From a bacterium (GTDB lineage: Bacteria; Patescibacteriota; Minisyncoccia; Phycocordibacterales; CAIZLB01), in NCBI GenBank assembly GCA_037127815.1, contig JBAXXP010000004.1:4647-68646 (forward strand): a DNA stretch of 64,000 nt, in the 5' to 3' direction. Below the pieces are notes generated by a model. It searched no databases, was not told the DNA's origin, and saw only the letters and a list, made by a program, of their open reading frames with translations. Every line of letters starts with the position of its first letter. Within the stretch, counting starts at the first letter, position 1. This document shows, piece by piece, positions 20,087-30,282 of the stretch. A program made the translations under genes and the position numbers.

Positions 20087-20312
20087 TGCTGCACTTCAAT
20101 AAAATTAGCTCGTTAAAATTGTTGCGCCGCCTGCACTAAGGTTTTTGTTCGCTACGCTCCAACAAACCAAGTGCATCGGCATCACATTTTTATAGTCGTC
20201 GCACTCCTTAAAAATTGTGAACAGCCGGTACTAGAATATTTTATTCGCAAAGCTCAAAAATATAAAGTACCGCTGCATCACGAATTTATGCTCACTTCGT
20301 TCGGTAAATTCT
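20087..20312 (-). repeat. Hairpin-rich element downstream of tRNA-Glu
   Basis: Nested inverted repeats with minus-strand GAGC-GTA-GCGA, GAGC-TTT-GCGA and GAAC-GAA-GTGA mini-hairpins. Confidence 0.6.
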
Positions 20313-20313
20313 G

Positions 20314-20385
20314 TGACCCTACCGGGAGTCGAACCCGGCTTTAAAGCTTGAAAAGCTTTCGTCCTAACCGATAGACGATAGGGCC
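20314..20385 (-). tRNA. tRNA-Glu(TTC)
   Basis: GGCCCTA/TAGGGTC, loop TTTTCAA, GGTTCGACTCC. Confidence 0.93.
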
Positions 20386-20554
20386 AATAATGTGTGATTC
20401 TATGTTTCTTTGCCTTCATTTGAACCTCAAAGCAATGAAGAGAATATAACATATTTTCAGGAAAAATCAAAAATTTACTTAAAATCTAGTATTTTAGGGA
20501 GTAAAATTGCAACATTCATACCATTGATGATATGCTTGCAGAGTTAGTTACATT

Positions 20555-20641
20555 GGAGAGATGGCTGAGTGGTTGAAGGCACCGTTCTCGAAAAACGGCA
20601 TAGGGGAAACCCTATCGAGGGTTCAAATCCCTCTCTCTCCG
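20555..20641 (+). tRNA. tRNA-Ser(CGA)
   Basis: GGAGAGA/TCTCTCC, loop CTCGAAA, long variable arm. Confidence 0.95.
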
Positions 20642-20753
20642 CAATTATTCGCAAATGAGTTCAGATGATTTTTAGGTGAATCTTCTTTATTCCACCAGAA
20701 ATGAAACAGGGGAGAGTGTCTTTTGGACACCCTCCCCGTTTTGTCGATAGGCC

Positions 20754-21065
20754 TCAACCTACGAAACTCCGAATGATCCTCGAATCAATTAATATGGTTG
20801 CTCTGAGTCCTCCGCTGTGGAAAATCGGTCCATCCAAAAATTGAACATTGTCATGATCTTTTGATAGATCTATGCGTATGTTGTAACGATCTCCACCTTT
20901 GCCTCGGCCAAAGATTACATCATCTGTTGTGTGAAATAAATCCTTTTCATAAAAATCTCCATGCCCTTCGGCGCTCCAGGTGGTTATGAAATAGATTCTT
21001 CCGTCTTCTTTGATGATGTTTATAACAATATTTTCCAGGTTTAGTGGTATTTCTAGTATTTCCAT
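20754..21065 (-). CDS. Hypothetical protein (ORFan)
   Basis: 103-aa ORF, A/C-rich leader, promoter TTGAAA-17-TATAGT, hairpin near 20704-20742. Confidence 0.65.
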   Translation of the reverse strand: MEILEIPLNLENIVINIIKEDGRIYFITTWSAEGHGDFYEKDLFHTTDDVIFGRGKGGDRYNIRIDLSKDHDNVQFLDGPIFHSGGLRATILIDSRIIRSFVG

Positions 21066-21186
21066 TGTGAGTACTTCTGTTTGTTTGAGTTAAGGTTGTA
21101 TTAGAACTATTACGTGTATTTTTTCCAATTACAACTATACAACATTAATGGTAAATTTCAAAGCAAATTTGTTTCTCAAAAAAGAC

Positions 21187-21756
21187 CTATATTTGAATTA
21201 ATGGAAGAGAAAAGAATTTTAAACTTTTGTTCAGGTCATTTATTTTCTTCCTTGCATCCACCTGAATCTCCATTCCATTTTTCTCCATATATGAATTAAA
21301 ATCCAGTATAATATCGGTAAGATTTTCTAGATAAAGTTCAGCTCTTTCCTCGTCTTTAGATGAGTCACTTAATTTATTTAGTCTATTAAGTAAGTTATTT
21401 ATAAGGACAATAGAGTAGCTTATAAATTTTTCAGGTTTAAAAACTCTACAAATACTAACCATCAAATCATCGTACTTTTCTAAAATTTCTTCTTCCTTAG
21501 GATTACCTTTGAATAACTCAATACCAGCATCAAGATTTTTCCCTTCAGCTTCAAAATATTGGCGTAATGTAATGTCTGGTCTATCGAACATTTCAGCTGT
21601 TTCGTTTGGGTCAAACATATTTTCTCCTTCGTTCTTTTCGTCTATATCCATCAACTCAATTAGTAGATCAATGTTCTCTGTCAGAGTATCAATTTTCTTT
21701 GTTAATGCTTTATACATTTCTTCACCAACTTTCTTTTCTTCATGAGCTTCGTTCAT
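21187..21756 (-). CDS. Hypothetical acidic helical protein
   Basis: 189-aa ORF, host-like codon usage. Confidence 0.7.
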   Translation of the reverse strand: MNEAHEEKKVGEEMYKALTKKIDTLTENIDLLIELMDIDEKNEGENMFDPNETAEMFDRPDITLRQYFEAEGKNLDAGIELFKGNPKEEEILEKYDDLMVSICRVFKPEKFISYSIVLINNLLNRLNKLSDSSKDEERAELYLENLTDIILDFNSYMEKNGMEIQVDARKKINDLNKSLKFFSLPLIQI

Positions 21757-21772
21757 TTTTATACTAAATTAA

Positions 21773-22570
21773 TTAATGGTAGTTTTGCTTGTTATCTAAA
21801 AGTTCCTGAACTATTCCAACAGCTTCTTTTGGTTCGATTTCATTTGCTCTTAATCTTCTTATGGTCTCATTTACTATTGGGTTCTCTCTATCATTTGCGC
21901 CCATAATACCCATCTGCTGCCAAAGAAAACCAATCATATCTAGGGCTGCCTTCTTATCATCTTTGTGTTCTATTTCCGGTTCATTTATTAATGTAAATCT
22001 TTTTACAGGTTTCTTGATATTTCCTTCTTCGTCTTTTTCATCACCATTGAAGGTTTTTAGACCAGTAAAATCTTCAAGTTTTCTTAGCCAAACTGGATGG
22101 TCTCCAAACTCAGGGGAATTATATTGTCCCTCATATATTACAAATTCCTCTGTTTTGTTAGAAGGATTTTTTGCGACATCTTTAATAATATAAACATCTC
22201 CTGATTTAAAATGGACGTATCTTTGTCCAATAGAAATTGCATTATTATTTTCTGAGTTCTCGACATTTGCATTCATTGAGCTCTCTGCTTGCGATGCTTG
22301 ATTTGTTGGTTCAGTATCAATCTTGTCAAAATCTTCTAGGCTTTTGAAACTTGATAGATTTTTTACCAAGCTTTGTTTTCTATTATTCTCTTCAGTCGTA
22401 TGAAGTTGCTCATATACAACAAAAAATTCACTAGGGTTAGCAGAGTCACGTGCAACACTCTTAATTTTATATTCATTACCTTCAGATGTTTTACATATTT
22501 CCCCGGTTGTAAATTTCATAGGGTGCACTTCATTTGCGATTGACATTATTGCTTCGTTTGATTGATTCAT
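21773..22570 (-). CDS. DUF1653-like protein with two domain copies
   Basis: YVHFKSGDVY..VAK..EEFVIYEG.Y..WLR..EDF..KRF and a degenerate N-terminal copy. Confidence 0.75.
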   Translation of the reverse strand: MNQSNEAIMSIANEVHPMKFTTGEICKTSEGNEYKIKSVARDSANPSEFFVVYEQLHTTEENNRKQSLVKNLSSFKSLEDFDKIDTEPTNQASQAESSMNANVENSENNNAISIGQRYVHFKSGDVYIIKDVAKNPSNKTEEFVIYEGQYNSPEFGDHPVWLRKLEDFTGLKTFNGDEKDEEGNIKKPVKRFTLINEPEIEHKDDKKAALDMIGFLWQQMGIMGANDRENPIVNETIRRLRANEIEPKEAVGIVQELLDNKQNYH

Positions 22571-22624
22571 ATGTTATATGATATTGTATAAAGGTAGATT
22601 TGGCAAAGGTAGAAAAACAATAAT

Positions 22625-22698
22625 GGGCGATTAGCTCAGTTGGCTAGAGCGCAGACTTGACGTGTCTGAGGCCACAGGTTCGAGCCCTGTATCGCCCA
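22625..22698 (+). tRNA. tRNA-Val(GAC)
   Basis: GGGCGAT/ATCGCCC, loop TTGACGT. Confidence 0.95.
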
Positions 22699-22755
22699 CA
22701 TTTAAAAACAGCATGAGTAATTCATGCTGTTTTTTGACCAATAAAGATTAGGTGA

Positions 22756-23718
22756 TTATCTCTTGCTTAAGCTGATGTAGATGTCCTCCAGTGCCTTAAC
22801 TGCATCACCAACTGCAATATTGTTTTGATGATATAAACCGTCTGTACAGTCACCAGAAGCCCAAATACCGGTAGTTTTGGTCCTTTGAGTGATTGGATTA
22901 ACGATAACCTTATTGTATTCATTTAGCTCCACAATGTCCTTTGCAAAACCAGTGGCTGGTAGCATTCCAATCTCAACAAAAATACCATTAACAGACAGCT
23001 CTTTTTCTTCACCTGTTTCTATATTTTTGTATGTTAAACCATTTACAAATTTCTCACCTTTAACTTCTAAAACTTCAGCAGGTGTTAATACACTCACATT
23101 TGGTCTTGCAAGAACTTTCTCTACGGTAATTGGATCAGCTCTAAATGTTTTACTTCTATTTATTAAAGTTACACTTTTACAATATGCAGAAAGTTGAGCA
23201 ACAGCTTCAAGCGCTGCGTTTCCTCCGCCAACTACAGCAACATCTGTATCAGAAAATAGGGGACCATCACAAGTGGCACAATATGTTAGACCTTTATGCT
23301 CAAAAGTATCTGCGCCTTTTGCTGGAAGTTTTCTATGTGCACTACCTGTTGCAATTAGAATAGATTTAGAAATAGCCTCAATATTTTCTCCACCAATTGT
23401 ACTGCCTATTGTTGAAACAAAAAGGGGATTCTGTTCTGTGTAGTCAGAATGTTTTTTTATTGAAATAACCCTGCTGCCTGTCATTATTTCTACGATGTCT
23501 CCCGCATACGCCTTAAGATGGTTTTCAAGTGACTTTGCAAGATCTGCTCCTGAAATTTTAACAGTTCCAATCCAATTTTCTATACCTTCAGATACAATAC
23601 TTTGTCCGCCAAAGTCCTCTGTAACAAGTAGGGTTTGTAATTTTTTACGAGAAGCATAAACGCCCGCCGCAACTCCAGCTGGCCCACCGCCAATAATTAA
23701 AAGATCATATGTTTTCAT
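22756..23718 (-). CDS. trxB: Thioredoxin reductase-like FAD/NAD(P) oxidoreductase
   Basis: GGGPAG, YCATCDG, VVGGGNAA, GDCT. Confidence 0.9.
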   Translation of the reverse strand: MKTYDLLIIGGGPAGVAAGVYASRKKLQTLLVTEDFGGQSIVSEGIENWIGTVKISGADLAKSLENHLKAYAGDIVEIMTGSRVISIKKHSDYTEQNPLFVSTIGSTIGGENIEAISKSILIATGSAHRKLPAKGADTFEHKGLTYCATCDGPLFSDTDVAVVGGGNAALEAVAQLSAYCKSVTLINRSKTFRADPITVEKVLARPNVSVLTPAEVLEVKGEKFVNGLTYKNIETGEEKELSVNGIFVEIGMLPATGFAKDIVELNEYNKVIVNPITQRTKTTGIWASGDCTDGLYHQNNIAVGDAVKALEDIYISLSKR

Positions 23719-23755
23719 AGGGTTGTATTATAACAAGTATTATTTTTGATATCGC

Positions 23756-24000
23756 TTGACAAAGTACAATACACAGTGTATATTGCTATTTGAATCCGTG
23801 ATGGTGATTTCAAAAGGGTGACCTACTGAACGCACTCACATCGAGGGACTCCTAGTATTGGAGATTAAGATGAACGGAATAAGATAGCTCAGACCTTCCA
23901 GATGCTATCCGCAAGCAAGCAAGTAGAACCCAATCTTGTGTGCTGCAAAAAAACCAAACCCAAAAGGCCTCCCGCGTTCGCGCGGGAGGCCAATTTTTTA
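23756..24000 (+). ncRNA. Candidate ~200-nt noncoding transcript
   Basis: TTGACA-17-TATATT promoter, no ATG-started ORF of useful length, terminator GGCCTCCCGCG-TTCG-CGCGGGAGGCC then T-run. Confidence 0.5.
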
Positions 24001-24055
24001 TATTAAAAATGACACCTTCGCAGGTGTCATTTTATGTTTGTATTGTATCTATGAA

Positions 24056-25357
24056 TTATTTCTTCGCTCTTCTTAGAAATGCAGGAATTGAATTCCATTC
24101 ATCGTCGTCATCTTGAACACCTTGAAGTGGAGCGTTAGGATCCTCTTCTTTAACGTTTTCTTTTACAGCAGGAGTGCTATTCGCATTTGCTGTTGATGGA
24201 TTGTGAATTGAGTTATGAATCTTTCCTTTTGGTTCTTCATGTTTTGTTTGAACAGAAACCTCAACATTTTGAGTTGATGCACTAACCTCAACATTTTGAG
24301 ATACGGGTTTTTGAACGTTGCTGTTTGCTACAAATGCAGATGGTGAAGCTTCTTGTCTTGATGACATGCTATCAAAAATAGTTTTTCTGATTGTGCTGTT
24401 ATCTGGAAAGTTTGCTGCAATAACAGTAATTCTTAATTCATTTTTCTTTAGTCTCTCGTCCTTTACAGTACCAAAAATAATTTTTGCGTCTGGATCCACT
24501 GAGTCTGTAATAAGCTTTGCTGCTTCTTGAATTTCCCACATAGTAAGATCATCATTTCCTGCGATAGAAAATAGAACTCCTTTTGCACCATGAATTGAAA
24601 CGTCAAGAAGAGGAGAGCTAATAGCTGCTCTTGCTGCTTCCTCAGCACGCTTCTCACCTGACGCTGATCCAATACCCATAAGTGCCGGGCCTGCGTTCTC
24701 AAGAACAGCCCTGATATCAGCGAAGTCAATGTTACCAACAGTTCCAGGAGTTGTAATAAGTTCAGATATACCTTCAACGGCTTGCTTTAGAACTTCATCA
24801 CACATTGCAAAAGCATTCTTTGCTGTTGTGTCCTTTGAAACTGCAGCTAGAAGCTTATCATTAGGAATAACTACAAGTGCATCAACTGCTTTACTCAATT
24901 CTTCAAGTGCATGTTCTGCAAGACGCATACGTTGTTGTCCTTCAAATGAAAATGGTTTTGTAACTACACCAACAGTAAGTGCACCCATTTCTTTTGAAAT
25001 CTTTGCGACGATTGGAGAAGCACCTGAGCCAGTTCCTCCGCCAAGTCCTCCTGCAACAAAAACCATGTCAGAATTTTTAAGAGCTTCTTGAATTTCTTCT
25101 TTTGTCTCCTCAGCTGCTTGTCGTCCAACTTCTGGATTCATTCCAGCACCTAGTCCTTTTGTAAGGTTCTTCCCAATGTGAATTTTACGCTTTGCTAGTG
25201 AGTGATGAAGGTCTTGGGCATCAGTATTTATAGCAAGAAAATCAACACCCTTAACTTTATTGTTAATCATGTGGTTAATTGCATTTTTTCCTGAACCACC
25301 AACACCGACTACCTTTATTCTTGCAAATGTCTCTACGTCTGTTTTTACCTGTGGCAT
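24056..25357 (-). CDS. ftsZ: Cell division protein FtsZ
   Basis: GGGTGSG signature, NIDFAD, C-terminal IPAFLRR. Confidence 0.98.
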   Translation of the reverse strand: MPQVKTDVETFARIKVVGVGGSGKNAINHMINNKVKGVDFLAINTDAQDLHHSLAKRKIHIGKNLTKGLGAGMNPEVGRQAAEETKEEIQEALKNSDMVFVAGGLGGGTGSGASPIVAKISKEMGALTVGVVTKPFSFEGQQRMRLAEHALEELSKAVDALVVIPNDKLLAAVSKDTTAKNAFAMCDEVLKQAVEGISELITTPGTVGNIDFADIRAVLENAGPALMGIGSASGEKRAEEAARAAISSPLLDVSIHGAKGVLFSIAGNDDLTMWEIQEAAKLITDSVDPDAKIIFGTVKDERLKKNELRITVIAANFPDNSTIRKTIFDSMSSRQEASPSAFVANSNVQKPVSQNVEVSASTQNVEVSVQTKHEEPKGKIHNSIHNPSTANANSTPAVKENVKEEDPNAPLQGVQDDDDEWNSIPAFLRRAKK

Positions 25358-25480
25358 AATATTTCTGTTATTGGGATTATGGTTAACTTGTTTACTTGGG
25401 CTATATATTACCACTTACGCAAAATCAAGGCAATCTTGACTTTTAGGGGGTTAGGTTTGAAATAAGGCTTATTTAAGAGT

Positions 25481-26758
25481 CTACGGCAAAAACTGCTTAA
25501 ACAAAGAGGATATTTTATTTCCAACTTTCTTTACAATATTTGATGCGTTTAGATTACCAAAACCCATTCCACCAGATTTGTCATCAGGAGAAGAAAAGGC
25601 AAGTATTGTAAGGCCATAGGCCACAGCCCATTCAAATTCTCTAGCAATACCCTTAAGATTACCCTCAAGTTTTAGACTATGTCTCTTTGATGGAAGTCTA
25701 AGTGCCTCCCGTGCTAATTCTTCAATGTTTTGCAGTCCGGAACCGCCACCTGTAAGAATTATACCTGCTGGTAATAGACCATTTCTATCAATCTTTTTAA
25801 GATGACTTTCTATTAAATCAAATATGTCAGAAAGTCTCGCTATAACTATTTCATCAAGCTTCTTTCTTGAGAATGCAGGAAGGGAGGCGTTGCTGGAGGA
25901 ATTAGCAACACCTATATTTCCCGAGACTGACATTTTTATTAAATCAGCATCCTCAATAGAAACCTTAAGGCCAAGAGCAATGTCATTTGTTATATCATTT
26001 GAGCCAACGGCAAAAACTTCCATAGAAACTGGAATATTATTTTCATATACTATTATTGAGCTTGTCTCAGCTCCAATGTTTAGCAACACACACCCAGCAA
26101 TTTTCTGAGTTTTAGTTAATGAAACCAAACTTGCTGCAATTGGTGCTGCAACAACATCTTTAATTTCTACATTTGCTTCATCAAAGGCACTTAATAAATC
26201 TGTTAAGTGATGTGAGAGACATGTAATATATAAAACTCTTGCTTCTAATTTGATGCCTTTAAGTCCTTGTGGTTTTCCTAATACTTTTCTTCCGTCAACT
26301 TTATATTCAAGTGGAATAGTGTGAATTATTTTTCTATTTAAAATGTAGGCGTTTGGCAGTTCTTTATCACTTTCTTCTATTGCACGCTTTACATCTAGAT
26401 CTGTAATCTCTGAATCAGCTTTTGTTGTGACAACAGAACCAATTGAAACGATTGCACCAAGTCCAACTCCACCTACAGAAACGTATGCCTTTTTGATAGG
26501 GATACCAGAATTTTTTTCTGCAATAGTTACAACGGATCTAATGCACTTTGCAAGCTCTGTGACATTAGTAACATATCCATGTCTAACACCTCTTGTTTCA
26601 ATTGATGCTGAAGCTAAAATTTTTGGAAGGTTTGAACCATTTGTTCTTGAGGAGTCTTTTTCTGATTGGAATTCTGCAGACTCAAGTTCAGACACCAATA
26701 CTTTTATTTGGTGTGTGCCTACATCTATTCCAACTGCTATGTTTCGACCTTTTGCCAT
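25481..26758 (-). CDS. ftsA: Cell division protein FtsA
   Basis: GIDVGT, GVRHGYV, LTGGGS; adjacent to ftsZ. Confidence 0.95.
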   Translation of the reverse strand: MAKGRNIAVGIDVGTHQIKVLVSELESAEFQSEKDSSRTNGSNLPKILASASIETRGVRHGYVTNVTELAKCIRSVVTIAEKNSGIPIKKAYVSVGGVGLGAIVSIGSVVTTKADSEITDLDVKRAIEESDKELPNAYILNRKIIHTIPLEYKVDGRKVLGKPQGLKGIKLEARVLYITCLSHHLTDLLSAFDEANVEIKDVVAAPIAASLVSLTKTQKIAGCVLLNIGAETSSIIVYENNIPVSMEVFAVGSNDITNDIALGLKVSIEDADLIKMSVSGNIGVANSSSNASLPAFSRKKLDEIVIARLSDIFDLIESHLKKIDRNGLLPAGIILTGGGSGLQNIEELAREALRLPSKRHSLKLEGNLKGIAREFEWAVAYGLTILAFSSPDDKSGGMGFGNLNASNIVKKVGNKISSLFKQFLP

Positions 26759-26827
26759 AATGTACGATTTTTATTTAGATTAATTTTTGTTGGTATCCAA
26801 CACTTACTCAAACATTATACACTATTT

Positions 26828-27247
26828 TTATATAGTAAAAAACTTTCTAACTTTTTCTTCTTCGCTTTCCATTTTATCACCATGGTCAAAGCCTTTCAAG
26901 TGCATTAGTGAGTGTACAAATAAGAACAATAAATAGTTCTTTGGAGTTCTATCGAAGTCTTTAGATTTCTTGTTTGCAACGTCTAGATTTATGAAAACTT
27001 CACCCATTTCACTTTTTATACCCAAATCATCAAGAGGGAAGCTTAGCACGTCTGTTGTGTAGTCCTTCTCTCTGTGAGTTCTGTTTAGAGTCCTCATCCT
27101 TTCTTTTCCGATGAAGTTTAGGCTGAGTTCATAGTTTGAACCCATTACTTTGTCTTTTATTTTATCAAAAAGCACCCAATCGTTTTTGGGTGTTGTTTTG
27201 AGAGTAGAGGAGATCATGAAATTATCCTTATCAAAAAGAACTTTCAT
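26828..27247 (-). CDS. ybeY: rRNA maturation RNase YbeY
   Basis: TDVLSFP, HSLMHLKGFDH. Confidence 0.93.
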   Translation of the reverse strand: MKVLFDKDNFMISSTLKTTPKNDWVLFDKIKDKVMGSNYELSLNFIGKERMRTLNRTHREKDYTTDVLSFPLDDLGIKSEMGEVFINLDVANKKSKDFDRTPKNYLLFLFVHSLMHLKGFDHGDKMESEEEKVRKFFTI

Positions 27248-27258
27248 TGTTTTTGGAA

Positions 27259-27501
27259 TTATCGTCTCTTTTTCTTTGATTCTGGAAGCTTGCCTAGTTT
27301 TGCAAGTTTTTCCATCTCTGTGCGACGGCGAAGTCTTTCTAGAGTTGATTTCTTAACCTTGTAAGGTGAAAGAGACCTATCAGAATATCTGATTGATCTT
27401 ACTTTATTTAGGATACCAGATTCTTGAACACGCTTTGTAAAGCGTCTTAAAACTGATGATCCGCTTTCATTTGCGTGTTTGTCTACTGAAACATTTGTCA
27501 T
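27259..27501 (-). CDS. rpsU: Ribosomal protein bS21-like
   Basis: ES..SVLRRFTKRVQESGIL, basic 80 aa. Confidence 0.75.
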   Translation of the reverse strand: MTNVSVDKHANESGSSVLRRFTKRVQESGILNKVRSIRYSDRSLSPYKVKKSTLERLRRRTEMEKLAKLGKLPESKKKRR

Positions 27502-27655
27502 ATAGGCTATAATTTAACACATACTTTGTATCCTAGCCACTTGCTATAAATGGTCTTATGTGTCATATTAACGAAGGCCCCACAGATGGGGCTATTTTTG
27601 TCACAGAAAACGTCGATGAGGCGTCAAACCGAAACAAGCAAACAAAAAAGGAAAC

Positions 27656-28144
27656 ATGGACATGAGTACATCATTTGATAACATAACTATATCTTTTGAA
27701 GAGGATGAAACCGGTGAAATGGAAATACCAACCGGTCGGGCAAGAATGGAGGGCTGGATTCAAGGAATGATTGGGGCAAAAAAAGTCGAGATTGAGGTTG
27801 GTGTTGCCAATCGCTTCAGTGGAATTGTTGAGAATGTAAGGAAAAAAACCTTCGTCATTACCAGGCTTAAAACCTGCCGTCAGGAAAGAGAAATATTTAC
27901 CTCAGACACAGAAAGACAGCATCGGAGGATTTTGATGCTGAGTGAGGTGTTGCTGATACTGAAAAGGGCTTGGCTTTTATCAGCTCTCGGTACAATCAGG
28001 TTTTGGTGCAGGGATAAGGATGGATCTATACGTTTGATGGGTATCAGAAAGGAGTTTAATAACACGGTATTTGTTTTTGAGGAGAATCCTGGTAACAGAG
28101 ATTTTATTCCAAAGACAATCATTGTGCGTTTTGAAAAGAAGTAG
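27656..28144 (+). CDS. Hypothetical protein (ORFan)
   Basis: 162-aa ORF, A/C-rich leader, terminator-like hairpin near 28169-28217. Confidence 0.7.
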   Translation: MDMSTSFDNITISFEEDETGEMEIPTGRARMEGWIQGMIGAKKVEIEVGVANRFSGIVENVRKKTFVITRLKTCRQEREIFTSDTERQHRRILMLSEVLLILKRAWLLSALGTIRFWCRDKDGSIRLMGIRKEFNNTVFVFEENPGNRDFIPKTIIVRFEKK

Positions 28145-28218
28145 ATTCCAAAACTTCATAGACTCACAGCCTCGTTTATAGTACGTTCAAATCGTGCATG
28201 AGCGGGGTCTTTTTTTGT

Positions 28219-29589
28219 CTAACTATCTAGTAGATTTTGCAAGTGATCAATAAGATCCTTAATCATCACAGTCTCTTGAACTCTAGAATTCATATGTCTA
28301 ATTGTAACAGAGTTCTCAATTGCTTCCTTTTGTCCAAGAATTAATATATAAGGAACAGCTAATTTTTCTGCAGCTGCAATTTGACTAGTAATCTTATCTC
28401 TTGAAAGTGCTTGGTGAACTGGTATCTTTGCAACTCTAAGCATTTCCAAAATAGAAAGTGATTTTAATTTAGCGTCATACCCAAGGTGTATAAAGTAAAA
28501 TTTAATATCTTCAACCGCTACAATTTTTGGAACCTTTCTTGATGGATCAGCCTCAACTAGTATATGTGCTCCAATTGCTGGAACATCTTTCTTTCCCCAG
28601 GCTTTTTTTGAAACTGAGTTGTATCTTTCTCCAATAGCTAGTACTTCTTTTTTATCTTGTTTTCCTTTTACTGTAAGGGCAGTGATCTGAAAGACGGTCC
28701 CTCCAGCATAAAGTCCGCTACCAATTAAATTATGGTCTATTATGTAAGGAAGATTTAATGATTCAATGTATTCAAGAACCTCTCTAAAATGGTCTCTTGA
28801 TGCCTCTGTTAAATAACTGATTGGCTTTGGAGCAGCATCTTGAATTGCTATACACTTTTCATGATCGCAAGATACAGCACTCATTGGGTCCTTTTTGAAA
28901 GCATTTCTACATGTTGCAGATAGCTCACCAATGTTCTTTTTAAAATAAGTTACATATTCCTTGCTGAATTTTGTAAAACAATCCTTGTCCCCAAGAGAGT
29001 TTATTTCAATTAAAAGCTCTCCTTTATCAACGTGATCTTTTAAAATAACATAAGCAGTTTCAATGATCATCGCATCAGCAATACTTCTTGAGTTACCAAG
29101 AACATGTAGTGAAAATATGTGATCTTTATGTTTATCAAAATGATGATTTCCGTGTAGTGGTCCACTGTAACAAATCATTGGGGGTTGAACTAAATCAGAC
29201 ATTCCTTTGTTTATGTAAGTTCTTGTGATAGCAATATGCTCTTCAAGAAAATTCTCAAAATTTAGTGATGTTGCCACCTCGTCCTTGTTAGCTCTCTTTG
29301 TTCCCATTTTGAAGCCTTTGGCTCTAACGATATCCTCTTTTTGAACTTCAAGTCCAGCAAAAGGAACAAAGCCATAGTGACGGGCTGAGAACTCTGCTAT
29401 TTTATGAACCTTGTCTATTGGGTCCGGTTTCTCTATTTCTGGAATCTTACTTTTTTTGCCTTTAGCTACTTTTGTCATTGGTTTATTAGAGATTTTAGTT
29501 ATATTTGTAGCCTTCTCATGTATTTTTTTAGGTGAATGACTGTTACCACTACTTTTTGACACATTTTTACTATTGTTGTTATTAGGCAT
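28219..29589 (-). CDS. Degenerate histidyl-tRNA synthetase-like protein
   Basis: INSLGD, GERYN..PAIG, C-terminal anticodon-binding domain; motif 2 eroded. Confidence 0.8.
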   Translation of the reverse strand: MPNNNNSKNVSKSSGNSHSPKKIHEKATNITKISNKPMTKVAKGKKSKIPEIEKPDPIDKVHKIAEFSARHYGFVPFAGLEVQKEDIVRAKGFKMGTKRANKDEVATSLNFENFLEEHIAITRTYINKGMSDLVQPPMICYSGPLHGNHHFDKHKDHIFSLHVLGNSRSIADAMIIETAYVILKDHVDKGELLIEINSLGDKDCFTKFSKEYVTYFKKNIGELSATCRNAFKKDPMSAVSCDHEKCIAIQDAAPKPISYLTEASRDHFREVLEYIESLNLPYIIDHNLIGSGLYAGGTVFQITALTVKGKQDKKEVLAIGERYNSVSKKAWGKKDVPAIGAHILVEADPSRKVPKIVAVEDIKFYFIHLGYDAKLKSLSILEMLRVAKIPVHQALSRDKITSQIAAAEKLAVPYILILGQKEAIENSVTIRHMNSRVQETVMIKDLIDHLQNLLDS

Positions 29590-29602
29590 ATTTTCTTATA
29601 CC

Positions 29603-30244
29603 TTACTGTTTTTTATCGAAGACATCAAGCCCTCCAGGGAAAAGACCGATTTTAGCGAATGGATAGAGTCGTAAAAAGGCTCTTCCTGTGATCTCTTTTC
29701 TTGGAAGAGCACCCCAACTTCTTGAGTCAAAACTCACGGACCTATTGTCTCCCATAACAAAATACTCTGTATCGCTAAGAGTTTCGTCTTTTGTCTTATC
29801 GCTATTGAATTTTACGTAGGGCTCATCAAGCACAAAACCTTCAGGGTGTTCTTTGTTGTACACGTGCGTCTGACCTTTTTCAATTACAATTCTTTCGCCA
29901 GGTAAACCGACAATTCTTTTTATAAAATATTTACTTGCATCAATTGGAGGTACTAATACGACAACATCACCTCTTTGGGGTTCTTGGAATTTGTAGGTTA
30001 GTTCGTCAACAATTAAATAATCATTAGTTGCAAAATTTGGATCCATTGATGCACCATCGACAAGAAATGGTTCAGCGACATAAAATCTAATACCAAGAAA
30101 AATTAAAAGCATTACAATAGTAAACTTCCAAAAACCCTCGTCTTTCTTTGGCTTATCTTTTTTAATTTCCTCCACAACTAAGTTTTTTGCTTTTTCCCTT
30201 ACTTGCTCATCAGTCTCTATAATGTCTTTTTCATGTGTATGCAT
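29603..30244 (-). CDS. lepB: Signal peptidase I
   Basis: GASMDPN, FIKRIVGLPGE, GDNRSVSFDSRSWG. Confidence 0.95.
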   Translation of the reverse strand: MHTHEKDIIETDEQVREKAKNLVVEEIKKDKPKKDEGFWKFTIVMLLIFLGIRFYVAEPFLVDGASMDPNFATNDYLIVDELTYKFQEPQRGDVVVLVPPIDASKYFIKRIVGLPGERIVIEKGQTHVYNKEHPEGFVLDEPYVKFNSDKTKDETLSDTEYFVMGDNRSVSFDSRSWGALPRKEITGRAFLRLYPFAKIGLFPGGLDVFDKKQ

Positions 30245-30282
30245 AATATGGGTAAAATTATAGCATATGTTATAGTATATGC

